Source of the DNA: Alphaproteobacteria bacterium
GTDB lineage: Bacteria; Pseudomonadota; Alphaproteobacteria; UBA828
NCBI GenBank assembly: GCA_965237415.1
Contig: CBDEFM010000002.1
Coordinates: 1,024,001 to 1,088,000 of the forward strand
DNA: 64,000 nt
Reading direction: 5' to 3'
The notes beneath the pieces are model-generated. The model was not told the origin of the DNA, did not search any database, and saw only the letters and a program-made list of their open reading frames with translations. This document shows, in pieces, positions 21,096 through 31,418 of the stretch (within the stretch, counting starts at the first letter, position 1; the number at the start of each line of letters is the position of its first letter). The position numbers were made by a program, and so were the translations under genes.

Positions 21096-21958
21096 AAGCC
21101 GCCGGCACCAGAAACATCGACGGCGGCACCTGGCTCTCGGACGCACCGGTCGATCTTTGGACCATTGCGCGGTGGGCGGGAACTGCGGCGGTCGTGCTCT
21201 TCTTCATCTTCCCCATGATCTTCATGTTCATGGTCTCGTTCAAGGCGCAGCCCGATATCGCGAGCGGCGGCTTCATACCGCAGGAGTGGTTCTGGCAGAA
21301 CTATCCGGACGCGTGGAACTCAGTCGCCGTCGGAACCTACCTGCGCAATTCAATCGTCGTCGCCGCGTGCGGCGCGCTGGTAACGCTCGTCATCGCGGTG
21401 CCCGCGACCCATGCCATCGTGCGTTATCGCATCGGCGGCAAGTTCCTGCCGGCGTTCATCCTCGCCACCTACGTGGCACCCCCGATCGTGGCGCTCTTCC
21501 CCCTCTTCTTCCTGCTTCGCTCGATCGGGCTGTTGAACTCGTTGGCCGGCTTGGCCCTCGTCTACGGCGTGATGAATCTGCCCGTCGCCTTCTGGCTCTT
21601 GTCGAGCTTCGTGCGCCGCCTGCCGGAGGAGCTTGAGGATGCCGCGCGCATCGACGGCGCGGGTTACGGCTCCGTGCTGTTCCGCATCACGGTGCCCCTG
21701 CTCATGCCGGGCATCATCAGCACAGGGATCATTTGCCTGATCCTGGCCTACAACGAATTCCTGCTGGCTTCCTTCCTCACGCGGAGCGAAAGCACGCAGA
21801 CCCTGCCGGTCGGCCTCTCGCTCTACCAAGGGGACCGGCAGCTTCGATACGGGCAGATGTCGGTCGCGTCGCTCATCGGCATCGTGCCGGTCTACCTGTT
21901 GGCGATGTTCTTCCAGCGTTGGCTCATCCGCGGCTTGACGGCGGGGAGCACGAAATAG
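21092..21958 (+). CDS. Carbohydrate ABC permease (MalG-like)
   Basis: GTG start overlapping upstream stop (GTGA); PEELEDAARIDGA, YNEFL, FQRWLIRGLTAGSTK. Confidence 0.9.
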   Translation: MKAAGTRNIDGGTWLSDAPVDLWTIARWAGTAAVVLFFIFPMIFMFMVSFKAQPDIASGGFIPQEWFWQNYPDAWNSVAVGTYLRNSIVVAACGALVTLVIAVPATHAIVRYRIGGKFLPAFILATYVAPPIVALFPLFFLLRSIGLLNSLAGLALVYGVMNLPVAFWLLSSFVRRLPEELEDAARIDGAGYGSVLFRITVPLLMPGIISTGIICLILAYNEFLLASFLTRSESTQTLPVGLSLYQGDRQLRYGQMSVASLIGIVPVYLLAMFFQRWLIRGLTAGSTK

Positions 21959-21995
21959 CCGTGGCGATGAACCGGGCAACCGTGAGCAGCCGGCG

Positions 21996-22592
21996 ATGAC
22001 CGAACCCGCGACGACGCCCGCGGCGATCGCGGCGATGCTCAAGGAGCTGGTGGACGTGCTGCTGCCGGGCAACGGGCGATTCCCGGCCGCGAGCGACGCT
22101 GGCACCCATGGCCTGGTGGCGGATCGATTGATGGCGCGAACGGGCGAAAGCGCGTTGGACGATCTCGCACAGACGGTCGCTGACTGCGGCGGGCCGCTCA
22201 CGCCGCTTAGCCAAGAAGAGCGGCAGGCGGTCGTCCGCCGCATGGAGGAGACGCAGCCGGAGCAGTTCGAGACTCTCCGAATGGTGAGCTACCTCGCCTA
22301 TTACGAAAGCCCCGCCGCGGTGCGCGCCGTGCGTGCGCTCGGCCATGTCTACAACGACGCGCCGCAGCCGGCGGGCTACGTCATGGCCCCCTTCGACGAG
22401 AGCGACCCCCTGCAGGCGCCCGCGCACCGGCGGGGCCATTATGTCGGGACGGAGGACGTGAAGCGCCTCGATCTCGCGCCGCTGCCGCCCGATCCGCTGG
22501 CGCCAGAGACCGTGACGGAGGACGACGCGGTGGCGAGCGGCCGCGGCGGCATCGCCAAAGGCGCGGGCAGTCGATCTGCTGGCCGGACATAG
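21996..22592 (+). CDS. Gluconate 2-dehydrogenase subunit 3-like small subunit
   Basis: DVLLPG..FPAASDAG, AYYESP...LG...PQPAGY pattern; co-located with a GMC gene. Confidence 0.6.
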   Translation: MTEPATTPAAIAAMLKELVDVLLPGNGRFPAASDAGTHGLVADRLMARTGESALDDLAQTVADCGGPLTPLSQEERQAVVRRMEETQPEQFETLRMVSYLAYYESPAAVRAVRALGHVYNDAPQPAGYVMAPFDESDPLQAPAHRRGHYVGTEDVKRLDLAPLPPDPLAPETVTEDDAVASGRGGIAKGAGSRSAGRT

Positions 22593-22601
22593 GGGCAGGT
22601 C

Positions 22602-23681
<1,080 letters not shown>

Positions 23682-23691
23682 GGCGAGCGCG

Positions 23692-25347
23692 ATGGTCCAG
23701 CGCACGCCTCACGATCACGCCGACGTCGTCGTAATCGGTTCCGGCCCCGGCGGCGTCATCCCGGCCACCGTGCTGGCCCGGAAGGGCATCAAGGTGGTCT
23801 GCCTGGAGCAGGGCTCGTGGTTCCCGCCAGCCGAGCGCCCCCATCATGGCCGGGACTGGGAATGGCGGCGCGCCACCGACTGGTCGATCGCCGTCAACGT
23901 GCGCGGTCAGGCGCAAGACTATCCGGTGGACACCACGGACGAGACGACGCTGATGTGGAACGGCGTCGGCGGCTCCACCGGGATCTACACCGCTACCTGG
24001 CCGCGCTACCGCCCCTCGGATTTCCGCAAGGGCGCCGAGCACGGCCTGGCACCGGACTGGCCGATCTCCTACGAGGACCTCGCGCCCTACTTCGAGATCG
24101 CGGATGCCGCCTGCGGCGTCTCCGGCTGGGCGGGCGATCCGGCCATGCCGCCGCGCGGCCCCTTCCAGACGCGCCCCTGCCCGCCTGGCGCCATGGGCGA
24201 GGCCGTCGCACGTGGTTTCGATGCGCTCGGCTGGCACTGGTGGCCCATGCCATGCGCCATTCTGGCGGAGGCTTACGACGGCCGCCTCGCCTGCAACAAT
24301 TGCGGCGCCTGCCAGAGCGGCTGCCCGCGCGGCTCGCTCAACGACATGGCCGTGACTCACTGGCCGAAGGCGCTTGCGGCGGGCGTCGAGCTCAGGACCG
24401 ACAGCCGTGTCGAGCGCATCGAAACCGATGCCTCGGGGCACGCCACCGGGGTCGTCTACGTCGAGCGCAACACCGGCGTTCGCCACGTCCAGTCGGCCGA
24501 CATCGTGATCCTCGCCGCGAACGGCGTCGGCACGCCGCGTCTGTTGCTGCTGTCGGAGAGTACGGCGCACCCGCAGGGGCTCGCGAACCGGTCCGATCAG
24601 GTCGGCCGCAATCTGATACACCACACGCTCGGCATGGTGGAGTGCTGGGTCGACGCACCCACCGAATCGCACAAGGGTCTGATCTCCGCCATCGCCATCT
24701 GCGAGGAGTTCGCGGAGAGCGACACGTCGCGGGGTTTCATCAACGGCTTCACACTCCACATCGTGCGGCAGAACGGCGCAGGCTATCAGGCGCTCGGCTC
24801 GCACTCCGGCAACGTGGCGCCGTGGGGCGCGGATCACCACGCGTGGTTCGCCAGACACTTCGGGCACGGCATGGGCATCCTCATCGTGGGCGACGACCTG
24901 CCGCGGCCCGATAACCGCGTCACGCTCTCCGACACCCTGGTCGATTCATCGGGGTTGCCGGCCCCCCGCATTGCCTACGGCATGTGCGAGAACGATGCGC
25001 GGCTTGCGCGCTTCGGCATCGACCGGGCCGTCGCACTGGCGGGCGCGATGGATGCGTGGGACGTCAAGGTCAATCCCTTCCGCGACGCCAACGGCGTCTA
25101 CGCGCCGCCCGCCTGGCACCTGCTCGGCACCGCGCGCATGGGGGACGATCCGGAGACCTCGGTCGTCACCAAATGGCACCAGGCCTGGGACTGCCCCAAT
25201 CTCTACATTACCGACGGCAGCGTCATGGCCACGGGCGCGGCCATCAACCCGACGAGCACGATATCGGCGCTGGCCTATCGCGCGGCCCATCATCTCGCCG
25301 ACAGATTCGCAGAAGCCCGCCGGGCGAAAGGGCCGTTGCTGGACTAA
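23692..25347 (+). CDS. GMC family FAD oxidoreductase with Cys cluster
   Basis: VVVIGSGPGG, GVGGST, CNNCGACQSGC, HLLGTARMG, INPTSTI. Confidence 0.9.
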   Translation: MVQRTPHDHADVVVIGSGPGGVIPATVLARKGIKVVCLEQGSWFPPAERPHHGRDWEWRRATDWSIAVNVRGQAQDYPVDTTDETTLMWNGVGGSTGIYTATWPRYRPSDFRKGAEHGLAPDWPISYEDLAPYFEIADAACGVSGWAGDPAMPPRGPFQTRPCPPGAMGEAVARGFDALGWHWWPMPCAILAEAYDGRLACNNCGACQSGCPRGSLNDMAVTHWPKALAAGVELRTDSRVERIETDASGHATGVVYVERNTGVRHVQSADIVILAANGVGTPRLLLLSESTAHPQGLANRSDQVGRNLIHHTLGMVECWVDAPTESHKGLISAIAICEEFAESDTSRGFINGFTLHIVRQNGAGYQALGSHSGNVAPWGADHHAWFARHFGHGMGILIVGDDLPRPDNRVTLSDTLVDSSGLPAPRIAYGMCENDARLARFGIDRAVALAGAMDAWDVKVNPFRDANGVYAPPAWHLLGTARMGDDPETSVVTKWHQAWDCPNLYITDGSVMATGAAINPTSTISALAYRAAHHLADRFAEARRAKGPLLD

Positions 25348-25431
25348 GTTGAGGAAAGCACCAGTAACCACTCTGCCTTCAACGCCGGAAAGTTGCCTAA
25401 TGCCAAATCAAAGCGTAAATGGATGAGGAAC

Positions 25432-25989
25432 TTACGCTAACTCGTCATCTTGATCGATTTCAACCACCACGTGCTTCATTGCTTCCTCAAACAATTTCTC
25501 TATTTTTGACGGAGTTGGGTTCAAGCACGCACAAGTCAGCGCTGTGAATTTCTCGACCATTTCTATTGAACTCATAGTGCTTACCGGTCGTTCCGACATT
25601 ACCAACATTGTAGTCATTGTATTGAGTTCGTCTCTTGACAACGTAGAATCTAGCTTGTGTGCAAATTTGTTGCGCAGTTTATTGAGCGTTAGGAGTCCCG
25701 GCTTGAAGAGAGCGGGAGCTTCATTCCGCTCAGGTAGCAGCATCACCTTTTGATAGTATGACAGCCGAACGTCACCCAAATTCATTATGGAAAGCTTGTT
25801 CTTCAGATATTTCTCAAGATACACTTCGGAAATCAAGTGACATTTTATGATCCTTCCAAAAAGTGAGCTGTCTTTCTGGAACAATTGATTGTACTCTCGT
25901 ATATCACGTTCAAATTGGTCACTTATTTCTTGCCAATGTGGCCGCAAAATCTCAACAGCTTTGCTAAAGCCCTTAGTATTGTTTGACAT
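25432..25989 (-). CDS. AT-rich hypothetical protein with HEPN-like RNxxAH motif (MtlR-like HEPN)
   Basis: HLISE...LSYYQKV...LNKLRNKFAH; much more AT-rich than flanks; start may be 26001. Confidence 0.6.
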   Translation of the reverse strand: MSNNTKGFSKAVEILRPHWQEISDQFERDIREYNQLFQKDSSLFGRIIKCHLISEVYLEKYLKNKLSIMNLGDVRLSYYQKVMLLPERNEAPALFKPGLLTLNKLRNKFAHKLDSTLSRDELNTMTTMLVMSERPVSTMSSIEMVEKFTALTCACLNPTPSKIEKLFEEAMKHVVVEIDQDDELA

Positions 25990-26346
25990 ATTCCGTAACA
26001 AGTCTCCGCACTCCTTACGATCTAGTGAACTGACAATTGGAAGCTCTGCAGCAGCTGGTCAAGCCGTTACTGTTTGGTTTATCCGTGTCGATCAAGAGGT
26101 TCGCGGCGGGACACAGGGGTTGCCTTTCACGCTATTCCACTTCTCGGACTCGGCGATGACCTGTTCACGCCAGACTGAGGGCGAGGTGTACCGGCCTTGG
26201 TTGAGTCGTCTGCCGCGAGGCATTCTATCCTGCCCAGCGGCGATCGTAACGGGCAGCCGGCGGCGTGTGCTCATTCGACACTCGACTCCATGCCGGAGTG
26301 CGCACGTATTATGATGCACACGCGTCGGCACCGGGTGGAGGGAACG

Positions 26347-27630
26347 ATGGCCGGCTACACAAGCGCAGAGTTGCGAGAGATGGTGCAGCCCGACCGGGTG
26401 CACCGCGCCATCTACACCGACCCGGCGATCTTCGAGATCGAGATGGAGAAGATCTTCCGCCGGGTGTGGCTCTATGTCGGCCACGAGAGCCTGGTGCCGA
26501 ACCCCGGCGACTACTACTGCACCCACCTCGCGCGGCAGCCGGTGGTGCTGAGCCGGCATAAGGACGACGGCATCTGCGTTCTGTTCAACCGCTGTGGCCA
26601 CCGCGGCGCCAAGGTGCTCAACCGCGAGCGCGGCAACGCCAAGGTCTTCACCTGCATGTACCACGGCTGGAGTTTTCGGCCGAACGGCGCGCTCGCCGGC
26701 GTGCCCATGCGCGCGGACTTCCCCGAGGAGCCGTTCAAGGACCCGAAGTTCGGCATGGCGCGGCTGCCGCGGGTGGAGAGCTACCGCGGCTTCGTCTTCG
26801 CCTCCTTCAACGCGGACGCCGAGCCGCTGCTCGACTATCTCGCCGAGGCGCGGCGCGGCATCGACGAACTGGTCGACCGCTCGCCGGAGGGGGAGGTAGC
26901 GCTCAGCGCCGGCTGCCACCGCTACCACTACCGCGGCAACTGGAAGCTCCAGCTCGAGAACCTGGCGGACATGTACCACCCCGCCGCCTGTCATGCATCG
27001 ACCGTCGGCCCCGACGGCCGGCAGTTCAAGCGCCGCGCCGGCGACAAAGGCGGCGATGCCGCGTTCTTCGCCCCCAACGGCGAAGCCATCGTCGCCCAGA
27101 CCGGCGTGCGCGGCCTCAACAACCGGCACAGCTCCGAGGCGTCGCTCTTCGACAAGGAGCAGTCGGGCGGCCACTGGGACGACTACCGGGCGATCATGGT
27201 GGCGCGCCACGGCGAGGAGCGCACGGCGGACATCCTGAAGAACCGCCGCCACAGCATGACCTTCTTTCCCAGCTCCGACATTCTGCTGGCGCAGACCTCG
27301 GTGCGGGTGATCCGGCCCGTGGCGGTGGACTTCACCGAGGTCGAGGTCTGGCCGGTCCGTCTCATGGGCGCGCCCGGCAGCATCTCGGACGACCTCGTGC
27401 GCTTTGTGAACATGACGCATGCAGCCGCCTCCTTCATCCAGTCCGACGACATGGAGGCCTTCGAGCGCTGCCAGGAGGGGCTCTCAACCCAGGGCACCGA
27501 CTGGGTCCTCGTCGCCCGTGGCCTCGGCGCCGAGATCGACGAGGGCGACGGCGTGCTCTTCGGGCCGCGCTCCAGCGAGGTCGGCCAGCGCGCCCAGCAC
27601 GAGGCGTGGCGCGACCTGATGGGCGCATGA
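26347..27630 (+). CDS. Aromatic ring-hydroxylating dioxygenase alpha subunit
   Basis: NRCGHRG...CMYHGW, ENLADMYHPAACH, SDDMEAFER; RBS-like GGAGGG upstream. Confidence 0.92.
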   Translation: MAGYTSAELREMVQPDRVHRAIYTDPAIFEIEMEKIFRRVWLYVGHESLVPNPGDYYCTHLARQPVVLSRHKDDGICVLFNRCGHRGAKVLNRERGNAKVFTCMYHGWSFRPNGALAGVPMRADFPEEPFKDPKFGMARLPRVESYRGFVFASFNADAEPLLDYLAEARRGIDELVDRSPEGEVALSAGCHRYHYRGNWKLQLENLADMYHPAACHASTVGPDGRQFKRRAGDKGGDAAFFAPNGEAIVAQTGVRGLNNRHSSEASLFDKEQSGGHWDDYRAIMVARHGEERTADILKNRRHSMTFFPSSDILLAQTSVRVIRPVAVDFTEVEVWPVRLMGAPGSISDDLVRFVNMTHAAASFIQSDDMEAFERCQEGLSTQGTDWVLVARGLGAEIDEGDGVLFGPRSSEVGQRAQHEAWRDLMGA

Positions 27631-28145
27631 GCGTCACCGCCGAGGCCCGCGCCGCCGCCGGATCGAACGCCGTCGCGCTCGACGAGCTGCGCCGCTTCCT
27701 CGAGCACGAGGCGGACCTGCTCGACGAGCGGCGCTTCGACGAGTGGTGCGATCTCTACACCGAGGACGCCGTCTATTGGGTGCCCGCCGCTCCTGAGCAG
27801 GAGAGCTGGCACGACCACGTGTCGCTCTTCTACGACGATAAGGCGACGATGCGGGTCCGCGTCCAGCGGCTCAATCATCCCCGCATCCACTGCCAGAGCC
27901 CGCCGTCCCGCTGCGTGCGCGTGGTCTCGGGCGTCCGGCTCGACGAGGTAACGGCAGACGGCGCCTGGCTGGTGCGCTGCAAGTTCGTGATGATCGAGGA
28001 CCGCCCCGGCGCCGAACAGCGCGTCTTCGGCGGCCGCTATTCCCACACCATCGTACAGGAGGACGGCCGGCTGCGTATCCGGCTGAAGCGCGTCGACCTC
28101 ACGAACTGCGATCAGAGCTTTCCGATGCTCACCCAGCCGTTCTGA
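27627..28145 (+). CDS. Aromatic ring-hydroxylating dioxygenase beta subunit
   Basis: EADLLDERRFDEW..LYTEDAVYWVP, KRVDL; ATGA overlap with alpha. Confidence 0.92.
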   Translation: MSVTAEARAAAGSNAVALDELRRFLEHEADLLDERRFDEWCDLYTEDAVYWVPAAPEQESWHDHVSLFYDDKATMRVRVQRLNHPRIHCQSPPSRCVRVVSGVRLDEVTADGAWLVRCKFVMIEDRPGAEQRVFGGRYSHTIVQEDGRLRIRLKRVDLTNCDQSFPMLTQPF

Positions 28146-28226
28146 TCCGCGTCCGAACCCGGACTGAATATAGCGATCCCGGACAAGCGGCTGTTTCCCG
28201 ACCGTCGCGCCGGGATAGTGTGAGGC

Positions 28227-29180
28227 ATGGGGCAGGAGACTCCGCAGGCACCATCGCAGCCAGGCGGGTCCGCGCGCACGGGCCAGGCGCACGCGCACGC
28301 GCTCGCCTTCCTGATAATCGTCATCATTTCCACGTCCTTTCCCCTGGGCGAGCACATCACCCACGGCCTCGACCCGGCGGTGTTGATGTGCATCCGCTTC
28401 GTGCTCGCCGCGCTGCTCATGGCGCCCATCGTGGCCTGGCGCGAAGGGCTGGAGCTGCCGCCGGCCCGCGCGTGCGTGCGCTATCTCGCGCTCGGCGCGC
28501 CGCTGGCCTTCTTCTTCTGGTGCATGTTCGAGGCGCTGCGGTACACCAGCGGCCTCAACACCAGCGCGATCTTCACCATCGTGCCTGGCCTCTCCGCGCT
28601 GTTCGGCGCGGTGCTGGTGGGCGAGCGGCTCGGCCTCCATCGCCTGGCCGCCCTCGTCCTCGGCATGATCGGCGCGGTCTGGATCATCTTCCGGGGCGAT
28701 CCCGCGCGCCTCTTCAATCTCGAAGTCAACATCGGCGACGGGATCTTCCTCGCCGGCTGTCTCGGCTACGCCGTCTACGGCTCGCTCATCAAACGCCTGC
28801 ACCGGGGCGAGCCGATCCTGGTGCAAACCTTCTGGACGCTGGTGGCGGCAGGGCTGTGGCTGCTGGCGGCGAGCAACGTCAAGCTCTGGCGTACCGATTG
28901 GTCGGAGGTCGAGGCGGTGGTGCTGGGCGGCATCGTCTATCTCGCGGTCCTGCCGACCTTCGTCTCCTTCTTCCTCACCCAGTACACAACGCTCCGCATC
29001 GGCCCGACGCGGGTGCAGGCCTACGGCTACGCGCTGCCGGCGATCGTGCTGCTGCTCGACCTCGCCTTGGGCAAGGCCGCGCCGCCGCTGATGACCGTGC
29101 CCGGCCTCGCCATCGTGCTGCTCGCGAGCCTGGTGGTTCAGCTCGGCGCGATCCGCGAGTTCCGCCCCGAATCGACTTAG
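28227..29180 (+). CDS. DMT/EamA family transporter
   Basis: About ten hydrophobic segments in two repeats, GERL and GD motifs. Confidence 0.88.
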   Translation: MGQETPQAPSQPGGSARTGQAHAHALAFLIIVIISTSFPLGEHITHGLDPAVLMCIRFVLAALLMAPIVAWREGLELPPARACVRYLALGAPLAFFFWCMFEALRYTSGLNTSAIFTIVPGLSALFGAVLVGERLGLHRLAALVLGMIGAVWIIFRGDPARLFNLEVNIGDGIFLAGCLGYAVYGSLIKRLHRGEPILVQTFWTLVAAGLWLLAASNVKLWRTDWSEVEAVVLGGIVYLAVLPTFVSFFLTQYTTLRIGPTRVQAYGYALPAIVLLLDLALGKAAPPLMTVPGLAIVLLASLVVQLGAIREFRPEST

Positions 29181-29641
29181 GGCGTGCGAAGCCGGTCGAG
29201 CGCGCCCTGCAGGATGTAGGCCGCGGCCACCCGATCGACGACCCGCGCCCGTTTGCGGCGCGAAAGATCGGCGTCGAGCAAGGGGCGTTCGGCCGCGACG
29301 GTGGACAAGCGCTCGTCCCAGAAGGCGACAGGCAGCGCCAGCGCCTCCGCCAGCCGCGCCGCTATGTCGCGTGTGGACTGCGCGCGCGGCCCCTCGCTCC
29401 CATCCATGTTGACCGGGAGCCCGACCACGATGCCGCCGATCCCTTCCACCGCGATCATCGCGCGCAGGGCCTCGATGTCGCGCGTGAGCTTGGTGCGCCG
29501 GAGCGTCGTGCGCGCCGTCGCGATCGTGCGGGTCACGTCGGAGACCGCGACACCCATGGTCTTGGCGCCGAGATCGAGCCCCATCAGGCGCGCGTCCGGC
29601 CCCAGCAGGCCGTTCATCTCGATCAGATCGCAGATCGCCAT
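29177..29641 (-). CDS. ruvX: RuvX/YqgF family RNase H-fold nuclease
   Basis: GLDLGAKTMGVAVSD, VVGLPVNMDGSEG, WDERLST, DRVAAAYILQ. Confidence 0.93.
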   Translation of the reverse strand: MAICDLIEMNGLLGPDARLMGLDLGAKTMGVAVSDVTRTIATARTTLRRTKLTRDIEALRAMIAVEGIGGIVVGLPVNMDGSEGPRAQSTRDIAARLAEALALPVAFWDERLSTVAAERPLLDADLSRRKRARVVDRVAAAYILQGALDRLRTP

Positions 29642-29652
29642 GGCCGCGCGCC

Positions 29653-31125
29653 TTACGCGCCCGGCGTCCCGGCCGCAAGCGCCTGCGCCGTCCGGGCGAT
29701 GCGCGCCCAGGTCCCCTCGACATGCTCGCGGCGGGTCGCGAGAGCGCCGATCGCGAGGCGAAGAACCAGTTGGTCGTCGAGTATTGTGTGGGTGAGATAG
29801 AGCGCGCCCGACCGGTTCAGCCGGTTCATCAGGGTTTCGGTGAACGCATCGCCCGCGCGGTGGCGGAAGCACACGAGGCCGACCGAAACCGGCGCAGCAA
29901 GCTCGAACTCCTCGCTCGCCTCCACCTGTGCCGCAAACCATTCGGCGAGCGCGATGCAGTGCCGGACGTGAGCACGCAAGCCCTCGGCACCGTAGTGGCG
30001 GATGACAAACCAGAGTTTGAGCGCGCGGAAGCGGCGGCCGAGCGGCACCTGCCAGTCGCGGTAGTCGATGACCGCGCCGGAATCCGTCGTACGGTTGCGC
30101 AGATACTCGGGCAGGACGCTCAGCGCCTCGATCAGCGCGGCGCGGTCGGCAACCCAGAAGCAGCTGCAATCGAAGTTGGTGAGCAGCCACTTGTGCGGGT
30201 TGAAGGTGTAGCTGTCCGCCAGCTCCAACCCGTCGATGAGGCCCCGGTGCTCGGGGCAGACGGTGGCGCTGCCCGCGTGCGCGGCATCGACGTGAAGCCA
30301 GATGTTCTCGCGCCGGCAGAGCTCGCCGATGGCGCGCAGGGGATCCACGGCGCAGGACGACGTCGTGCCGACGGTGGCGCAGACCATCGCGGGCACGGCC
30401 CCGGCCGCGCGATCCGCGGCGATCGCCGCCTCCAGCGCATCGACGCGCATCGCATACCGCTCGTCGGCATCCACGAGCCGCAGGCTGTCGCGCCCGAGGC
30501 CCGCGATCTTCACCCCCTTCTCGATCGAGGAGTGGGCGTGGCGCGAGGTGTAAACGGTGAGCCGCTGCCCCGAGGCGCCCGTTGGGCCGTGGCCGACGCC
30601 ACCATCATTGGTCGCGCCGCCGCTCGCGCGCTCGCGCGCGGCGAGGAGCGCGGTCAGCGTGCTGCTCGACGCGCTGTCCTGAATGACGCCGCCGCCGGCC
30701 GTGCTCGAGAGGAACCCCTCCGGCAGTCCGAGCAGGTCGACCAGCCAGTCGAGCACATGGGTCTCGAGCTCGGTGCAGGCGGGGCTCGTTGCCCAGAGCA
30801 TGCCCTGCACCCCGAACCCGGAGGAGAGAAGATCGCCGAGGATCGAGGGGCCGGAGGCATTGGCCGGGAAGAAGGCATAGAAGTTGGGGGACTGCCAGTG
30901 CGTGAGGCCGGGAACGATGATCTCGTCGACATCGCGCAGAACGTCCTCGAAGGGCTCGCCCTGCTCGGGCGCAGCCACCGGCAGGCGCGCGCGGACCGAT
31001 CCGGGCTCGGCCTGGCTGAGCACCGGGTAGCGCTCGACCTCTTCCATGTAGCGGGCGATCCGCTCGATGATCGCATGGCCTGAGCGCCGGAACTCGTCCG
31101 GCGTCATGTGCCTGGCATCGTCCAT
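29653..31125 (-). CDS. PLP-dependent aromatic L-amino-acid (DOPA/Trp/Tyr) decarboxylase family protein
   Basis: THWQSPNFYAFFP, SPACTELE, WLHVDAAHAG, FNPHKW (PLP Lys), DYRDWQVPLGRRFRALKLW. Confidence 0.9.
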   Translation of the reverse strand: MDDARHMTPDEFRRSGHAIIERIARYMEEVERYPVLSQAEPGSVRARLPVAAPEQGEPFEDVLRDVDEIIVPGLTHWQSPNFYAFFPANASGPSILGDLLSSGFGVQGMLWATSPACTELETHVLDWLVDLLGLPEGFLSSTAGGGVIQDSASSSTLTALLAARERASGGATNDGGVGHGPTGASGQRLTVYTSRHAHSSIEKGVKIAGLGRDSLRLVDADERYAMRVDALEAAIAADRAAGAVPAMVCATVGTTSSCAVDPLRAIGELCRRENIWLHVDAAHAGSATVCPEHRGLIDGLELADSYTFNPHKWLLTNFDCSCFWVADRAALIEALSVLPEYLRNRTTDSGAVIDYRDWQVPLGRRFRALKLWFVIRHYGAEGLRAHVRHCIALAEWFAAQVEASEEFELAAPVSVGLVCFRHRAGDAFTETLMNRLNRSGALYLTHTILDDQLVLRLAIGALATRREHVEGTWARIARTAQALAAGTPGA

Positions 31126-31211
31126 GGGTGAGTCCTTCGCGTTGATTGCCGTCAGGGAGGCCCTGCTAAGCGGCAATGATGGCGGCATCCTGGCCATTTG
31201 TGCAGTGCCGC

Positions 31212-31417
31212 TGGTGTCCCATTCGAGAATTTCCTGCGCATTCGCAAGGTGTCCCCTCCTCGTCATGGCCGGGCTTGTCCCGGCCATCCACGCCCCTCCG
31301 TCCCGCCTGGCCGATGGAGATGCCCGGAACGAGTCCGGGCATGACGGAGTGAGGGAGTGAGGTCGAAGAGGACTCGTACAGGGTCGAAAGCGTAAGAACT
31401 TCGGAAACGCGGCACTG
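31212..31417. mobile_element. Degenerate MITE copy 1 with internal REP-like double hairpin
   Basis: Ends TGGTGTCCCATTCGAGAATTTCC ... GAACTTCGGAAACGCGGCACTG resemble those of the copy at 34503-34717; internal GTCATGGCCGGGCTTGTCCCGGCCATCCAC...GATGCCCGGAACGAGTCCGGGCATGAC at about 31262-31345. Confidence 0.65.
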
Positions 31418-31418
31418 G

